52,328 nucleotides of DNA, from the IMG/VR virus record IMGVR_UViG_3300025103_003050, positions 1-52,328 of that record; one strand, written 5' to 3'. Source of the DNA: a virus (taxonomy: Duplodnaviria > Caudoviricetes). The stretch's first letter is position 1; each line of letters opens with the position of its first letter. This document shows, piece by piece, positions 47,832 through 52,328 of this stretch. The notes beneath the pieces were generated by a model that worked only from the letters and a program-made list of their open reading frames with translations, did no database searches and had not been told where the DNA came from. The position numbers were made by a program, and so were the translations under genes.

Positions 47832-48308
47832 TTAAGCTATCGTAAATGTTCTTTGCAGATGATTATCTTGAACGTAAGTAACAGAAGTTGTTATAGCTCC
47901 TGTATTACCATCGCCATCTGTACCAGTAAATACACCTACTACTTTAATATCAGAAGCTCCAACATTTGCCATTAAACCTAAAGCTGCAGAAGATTGTGAT
48001 GTTCTTCCTAAAGCTTTACAGTTTGCAGCAGCAGTGAATGCTGTAGCATTCGAAGTTGTTCCTACTGAAAAAGTTGCAGCATTTGTATCATTTGATACTT
48101 CAGTAACATCTACATGCACAAATAAAATTTGTGAATTAGCAGGAATTACAGCAACATTTGTATTTGCTGTTGCTCCAGTAATTGTAACATCTTTACCTTG
48201 TGCCATTGTTACATAGCCAGTGTTTTTTACATTCGAGCCTAAAGTGCTACCAGTAGTTTCATTAATACTACCAGCTAATACCGGACCCGAAAATGTTGTT
48301 TTTCCCAT
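47832..48308 (-). CDS. Capsid-associated (decoration-like) protein
   Basis: MGKTTFSGPV start; directly after the major capsid gene; AAGGAGG RBS. Confidence 0.6.
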   Translation of the reverse strand: MGKTTFSGPVLAGSINETTGSTLGSNVKNTGYVTMAQGKDVTITGATANTNVAVIPANSQILFVHVDVTEVSNDTNAATFSVGTTSNATAFTAAANCKALGRTSQSSAALGLMANVGASDIKVVGVFTGTDGDGNTGAITTSVTYVQDNHLQRTFTIA

Positions 48309-48324
48309 AAGTCTATCCTCCTTT

Positions 48325-48380
48325 AAAAAATAGTCTGCTTGCGCAGTCGTTTGGGTTACTAGGCGCCGAAGCGCCTAGTA
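48325..48380 (-). other. Tandem hairpins downstream of the major capsid gene
   Basis: UACUAGGCGC-UUCG-GCGCCUAGUA, then CUGC-GCAA-GCAG, then a U run. Confidence 0.65.
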
Positions 48381-48391
48381 GTGATTAGTGA

Positions 48392-49300
48392 TTACGCAGC
48401 TCCTTCGGAACCGTATACACCTCTCCAGTCAGTGAAACCGAAAGAATATCTTTCTCTAACTTTGTATCTCAAGTTACCAGTTTCAAAATCGCCTTCTACA
48501 GCTTTTTTGATTGGTGCTCTAACAAAGTGTTTCATTCCATCTGGGCAATCAGTTAATATAAAATATGCATCAGGGTCAGTAAATCTTTGATTTACTACAA
48601 CACCTTCAGGGATCATACCCATATTTCTCATTGCGTTGATGTCATTGTCAGCAGTTCCCGGTCTTAAATTAGACTTAAGGATTCTTTCTGCAATAAACAC
48701 CAATTGAGGTGGAACCGCAAGTTTTCTTCCAGATAAAGCAACAGGTATACTTCTGTCATCAACAGCTGTTGAGATTTGAACTAAAATTGTCTCTAAAGAC
48801 GTTTCAGATAAATCTGCAGCAGTAGCTAATGTATTAGAAGCAGTACCGCCACCACCTAGTGGATGAGAACCATTTAATAATGATACTCCGTCTCCACCAA
48901 CTGATGTGCCAGTTGCGTTATTGAAAACATTTGCGCCTTTTACTTCTTTAGTTTGTTGCATTGATCTTGCTAGTGCTCTTGCGTATTTAGCGCCTAGAGA
49001 ACCGTACAAGCCATCTTCTTCAGCTTCCTCAGTTATTGCGAATGCTAAAGCGACAGTTTCATGCACATACCTAGAAACAAAGCCTTCTCTGCCAGAATCA
49101 TAATTGATCATGGCACCTTCAGCTTTGGTTGGTGCAGCACCGAATCCGATCATTTGTACATCTTCTTCGAATGCTTTCATTGATTGCTCAGTAGAATATA
49201 AAGCTCTCCATTGTTCAGGATATCTATCATATTCCATACCAAACACGGTATTTAAACCTAGATTGAGCTGTTTGGTAAATAGTGCTCTATTTAAAGCCAT
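48392..49300 (-). CDS. Major capsid protein (Mu gpT-like HK97 fold)
   Basis: HETVALAFAITEEA.ED.LY, ALARSM..TK, GGDG..L....HPL, RYKVRERYSFG..DWR. Confidence 0.88.
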   Translation of the reverse strand: MALNRALFTKQLNLGLNTVFGMEYDRYPEQWRALYSTEQSMKAFEEDVQMIGFGAAPTKAEGAMINYDSGREGFVSRYVHETVALAFAITEEAEEDGLYGSLGAKYARALARSMQQTKEVKGANVFNNATGTSVGGDGVSLLNGSHPLGGGGTASNTLATAADLSETSLETILVQISTAVDDRSIPVALSGRKLAVPPQLVFIAERILKSNLRPGTADNDINAMRNMGMIPEGVVVNQRFTDPDAYFILTDCPDGMKHFVRAPIKKAVEGDFETGNLRYKVRERYSFGFTDWRGVYGSEGAA

Positions 49301-49319
49301 TGTATTATACTCCTATAGG

Positions 49320-49886
49320 TTAAATACCAGCCGTACGAGTACCGTATAGAGATAGGTTAATTACCACTTCTACATCAGCATCTGCGCCAACTGCGTTGTT
49401 AGGATAATCAATTAACCGTAGAACTCTCAATGATTTTGCAGTTGCTGCAAGAGTTGAGATATCCAATTCGTCAGTTGAATGTCCGTATGTTGAGTTATAA
49501 GTTCCAATAGTAATATTCGCTAATTCGCCAACATTTGCGTTTGCGAAAGTTCCATTACATTGAATCTTGTATGTTATGTTTGGATCATCATAAACATATG
49601 CTTTAATCGAATCACTCGATTTAGCAGTTGTTGCATTGTTCCAAACTTTCTTAAATTTAACATCGCCTGTGTCATTATCGATGTACTCAACACCATGAAA
49701 AACTCCGAGCACTACTCCGCCCGCTGTTCCTCTGATGATTGTACCATCGGTATGAAGTGCAACAATATCACCACTTGCAAGATTAGCTGCATAGCCGTTT
49801 GCAATTAGATATTCATTACTTCTTATAACACCGCCTGTTAAATGTCTTAACGGTGTGAAACCGTTAGGTGCATCTACGTTTGCCAT
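49320..49886 (-). CDS. Capsid cement / decoration protein
   Basis: Directly upstream of the major capsid gene; V.DDPN motif. Confidence 0.6.
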   Translation of the reverse strand: MANVDAPNGFTPLRHLTGGVIRSNEYLIANGYAANLASGDIVALHTDGTIIRGTAGGVVLGVFHGVEYIDNDTGDVKFKKVWNNATTAKSSDSIKAYVYDDPNITYKIQCNGTFANANVGELANITIGTYNSTYGHSTDELDISTLAATAKSLRVLRLIDYPNNAVGADADVEVVINLSLYGTRTAGI

Positions 49887-49912
49887 AGTTATTTGTCTCC
49901 ATAGTTAGTTTG

Positions 49913-50368
49913 TTACTCTTTCATGCCGCCTCTAGTAACAGAACTTTTATAAGACCTTTGTATGGGTTGTCCCGGTGATTCTACTCTATTCATATCTTGT
50001 TGAACTGAACTCATTAAATTTTCAGTCATTTTTGCGTAATATTCATTACGTTGATTTACCATTGCTTCTGGCATTTCACAGAGTACCATTCCTTCTATAC
50101 CTATACATCCCACAAATTTACCATGTTCTATCGTTGGAAAGTGTTGAGCATTCTTGACAGTTTTAATGTCTCGTGGTTGCCAACCTTCTCTCAATCGTTT
50201 AGCTACATTTGTCGGCGTTTCCTGTCCCAAAACCATAGTGGCAATCCATCTTTGTTTCATGCCAGGTCGTGGATCAGGCGCTTCTAATAAGTTACTAGGT
50301 CGCCATTTTGAAACTGTTGCAGATTTTTCTACTCTAGTTTCGTTGTTTATTTTATTTGTTTTATTCAT
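49913..50368 (-). CDS. Conserved head-module protein
   Basis: WRP..LL.AP, RWI, LREGW.P pattern. Confidence 0.65.
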   Translation of the reverse strand: MNKTNKINNETRVEKSATVSKWRPSNLLEAPDPRPGMKQRWIATMVLGQETPTNVAKRLREGWQPRDIKTVKNAQHFPTIEHGKFVGCIGIEGMVLCEMPEAMVNQRNEYYAKMTENLMSSVQQDMNRVESPGQPIQRSYKSSVTRGGMKE

Positions 50369-50379
50369 GTCAGGCTCCT

Positions 50380-51381
50380 TTACGTTCCTGTATTTTGATC
50401 GCTAAAATCTTTTACTTCTTTAGCAAATCGTTTTAGTGCTGCTTCATCATTAATGTTAATACCAAAGTTTTTAGCAGTGGTAAGATCATCACTTGTGAGC
50501 TTAACTCTATTACTACTTGTTCCTTTTTTACGAGAAACTCCAGCAACCGGAGATTGCACTCTGTTAGTTTTTTGTACTACATTTTGATTACTTTTGGAAG
50601 TGTTTTCTTCTGATTTAGTAAAATAACCAAGACCACTTGCTTTTAGTCTTTTATTCATTTCATCATAATAACCAGGATCATGCACATCCCAACCTTCTTC
50701 AGTTAATTCAGCATCAATTCCATAAGCCATTGCAGTTTCTTTTCTAAAACCAGGCTTATTAAACCATTGTGAATTTTCTTTTACCCATTCAGAAGCTAAA
50801 GGTGGAGCTTTATCTTTTTTCTCCTTAACTTTAGGTACTCTAGCAGCATAATCTTCAGTTTTTGTCATTTGACTTCTAATTTCAGCAAGATTTTCATACA
50901 ATTTAACTTGTTTTTCTGTATTTCCTTCTTCAATTGCTGATTTTAATTCATTTGACACTGCAGTAGCTTGATTAGAAAGTGATTTATTAGCCATATCATA
51001 AGTTCTTTTTTCCATAGAATTTATTTTTTGTTCTAAATCAACTATTCTTTGTTCAGCTTCTGCTCTTTTTGCTACTTCTTTCTGAATTCTTTTACGAACT
51101 TTAACAGAATAAGGCATTTCTTCTGAATATGAAGGTATTTTTTCAGTAGGTTTAGTTTCTACATCATATTTTACTTCATTCTCATAAGATATATCTGTCC
51201 CATGATCTTTTTCTTTTTTATAAGTTCGTTTATGTTCTTCTTTTTCACTTTCATCAGAAGATTTTTCTTGTTCTTGTTGTAATTTCTCTAATGGATTTAA
51301 AGGTACCTCTACCTCTTGTCCTTCTACAACTTCATCAAGTTTAACTTCTAAATCTTTCTTTTCTTTTTCATTCTCGGGCAT
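50380..51381 (-). CDS. Putative capsid scaffolding protein
   Basis: Acidic N-terminus, coiled coil, W...N.WF; position before the head genes. Confidence 0.65.
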   Translation of the reverse strand: MPENEKEKKDLEVKLDEVVEGQEVEVPLNPLEKLQQEQEKSSDESEKEEHKRTYKKEKDHGTDISYENEVKYDVETKPTEKIPSYSEEMPYSVKVRKRIQKEVAKRAEAEQRIVDLEQKINSMEKRTYDMANKSLSNQATAVSNELKSAIEEGNTEKQVKLYENLAEIRSQMTKTEDYAARVPKVKEKKDKAPPLASEWVKENSQWFNKPGFRKETAMAYGIDAELTEEGWDVHDPGYYDEMNKRLKASGLGYFTKSEENTSKSNQNVVQKTNRVQSPVAGVSRKKGTSSNRVKLTSDDLTTAKNFGININDEAALKRFAKEVKDFSDQNTGT

Positions 51382-51420
51382 AGTATCTCCTATGTTGTCA
51401 TTAACTTATGTTAATGTTTG

Positions 51421-51789
51421 TTATAATTGTTGAGTTATTATATCTGGACTTTCCAGAGTTGCAATAATCTCATCATCATTTAATAACAGCATTTTAACCT
51501 TTTGTACAGAAATTCTTGCACCTGCATATCTACCAAAAATAACCCAATCACCTACTTTACACCACGGTTTTTTTCTATCACTATAACATTCTTCACCCAT
51601 TGCTATTATTTGACCTACACTATTTAAATAAGCTTGACTATCTTTGCTTGAATCAGTCAATATAATACCACCTTTTGTTTTTTCTATAATTCCTCTAGGT
51701 CTTATTAATATTCTATAACCTACTGGTTGAGGTACTTTATCAGGTGTAGGTATACTATTATCAGTTGCCCATGTATCATTATTAATCAT
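51421..51789 (-). CDS. groES: Co-chaperonin GroES homologue
   Basis: PVGYRILI...KTKGGIILTD, KVGDWVIFGRYAG, LLNDDEIIA. Confidence 0.88.
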   Translation of the reverse strand: MINNDTWATDNSIPTPDKVPQPVGYRILIRPRGIIEKTKGGIILTDSSKDSQAYLNSVGQIIAMGEECYSDRKKPWCKVGDWVIFGRYAGARISVQKVKMLLLNDDEIIATLESPDIITQQL

Positions 51790-51982
51790 CTTCTATTTCT
51801 CCTGTTTTATATTTTTCAATTAATTCATTAATTATTTCAAGTGATTTATCTAAACCTTGTCCATATCCGTAGACACGTTTAAATTCAGAAAAATTATCTA
51901 CACCTTTAGATAATAAATTATTACTTAATTCTTCTTTATGAGTTTTTATTTTTTGTTTGATCGCTTGTAGTAGGCGTTCCAT
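51782..51982 (-). CDS. Hypothetical protein, 66 aa
   Basis: ORF track; helical; coupled to groES. Confidence 0.7.
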   Translation of the reverse strand: MERLLQAIKQKIKTHKEELSNNLLSKGVDNFSEFKRVYGYGQGLDKSLEIINELIEKYKTGEIEDD

Positions 51983-52139
51983 TACTTCCTTTCATAAAAT
52001 AATCTAATGTTGCTGCAAAATTTTTTTTTAATCCATTTGAAGCAATAGCAAACAAATGTGGTTTAACTTTTTTAATAGAAATTTTTTTATTTTCTAAAAA
52101 TTTTTTAGCTTGTCTTATTGAATCTGCTTTGGCTCCCAT
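51936..52139 (-). CDS. Hypothetical basic protein, 67 aa
   Basis: TAATG coupling with the upstream gene. Confidence 0.55.
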   Translation of the reverse strand: MGAKADSIRQAKKFLENKKISIKKVKPHLFAIASNGLKKNFAATLDYFMKGSNGTPTTSDQTKNKNS

Positions 52140-52327
52140 TACCTTCTTTTATCTTTTCTAGCCACTTTAGAAGCTGTCTCTACTATTTTAGCTTTAGTCT
52201 CCGCATCTTTTCTAGCATCTTGTTTTTCACTTTGTTTTACACCTTGCATAAATCTTGCTTTTCTAATTTGAAGTTCTTCAGCTTTTAATTGAATATCAGC
52301 TTGATCTTTTTGAGCTTCCCTTTGTTG
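52139..52327 (-). CDS. 3' end of a gene entering from the right edge, probably the portal protein coiled-coil tail
   Basis: Open frame QQREAQKDQADIQLKAEELQIRKARF...RKDKRR*. Portal identity is inferred from synteny only. Confidence 0.55.
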   Translation of the reverse strand, partial: QQREAQKDQADIQLKAEELQIRKARFMQGVKQSEKQDARKDAETKAKIVETASKVARKDKRR

Positions 52328-52328
52328 T

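Noticed and set aside
2166-50405. Other short + strand ORFs in the track (2166, 2783, 3618, 4241, 5465, 5767, 17868, 18609, 26541, 31624, 48906, 50154 etc.)
   Set aside because: Antisense to well-supported - strand genes, with no recognisable motifs.
1-52328. Integrase, att site, transposase, intron or intein
   Set aside because: No recombinase or transposase motifs seen; PolA, helicases and capsid are uninterrupted and of normal length.

Overview
The window is a large part of an AT-rich tailed-phage genome, podovirus-like and probably marine. A SAR11/Pelagibacterales-type host is inferred from base composition and gene style only. Nearly all genes lie on the - strand; the SNF2 helicase is the only convincing + strand gene. 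In transcription order (right to left): portal 3' end, GroES, scaffold, major capsid, head-tail proteins with an embedded GT-A glycosyltransferase, two Gly/Pro-rich fibre proteins, four 2OG-Fe(II) oxygenases, nozzle and ejection proteins, an amidase/holin lysis cassette, a BtuB-like TonB-dependent receptor beside a B12-binding radical SAM enzyme, a replication module (SNF2, primase, DEDDh exonuclease, UvrD-like helicase, PolA), then small early genes. The main highlight is a ~9 kb nucleotide/DNA-hypermodification operon (6102-15100) wrapped around PolA. It encodes a C5-cytosine methyltransferase homologue with Arg in place of the motif X Asn (carboxymethyltransferase-like signature), a GNAT, a MazG-like pyrophosphatase, a T4 beta-glucosyltransferase-like enzyme, a dNMP kinase, a thymidylate-synthase homologue with the dCMP-type Asp, dCMP deaminase, a UDP-sugar dehydrogenase and NadE. 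Other highlights are the B12 receptor/enzyme pair, a two-domain structured RNA (5579-5717) and a perfect FNR-type box before the oxygenases. All functional calls come from motif recognition by eye; no searches were run.
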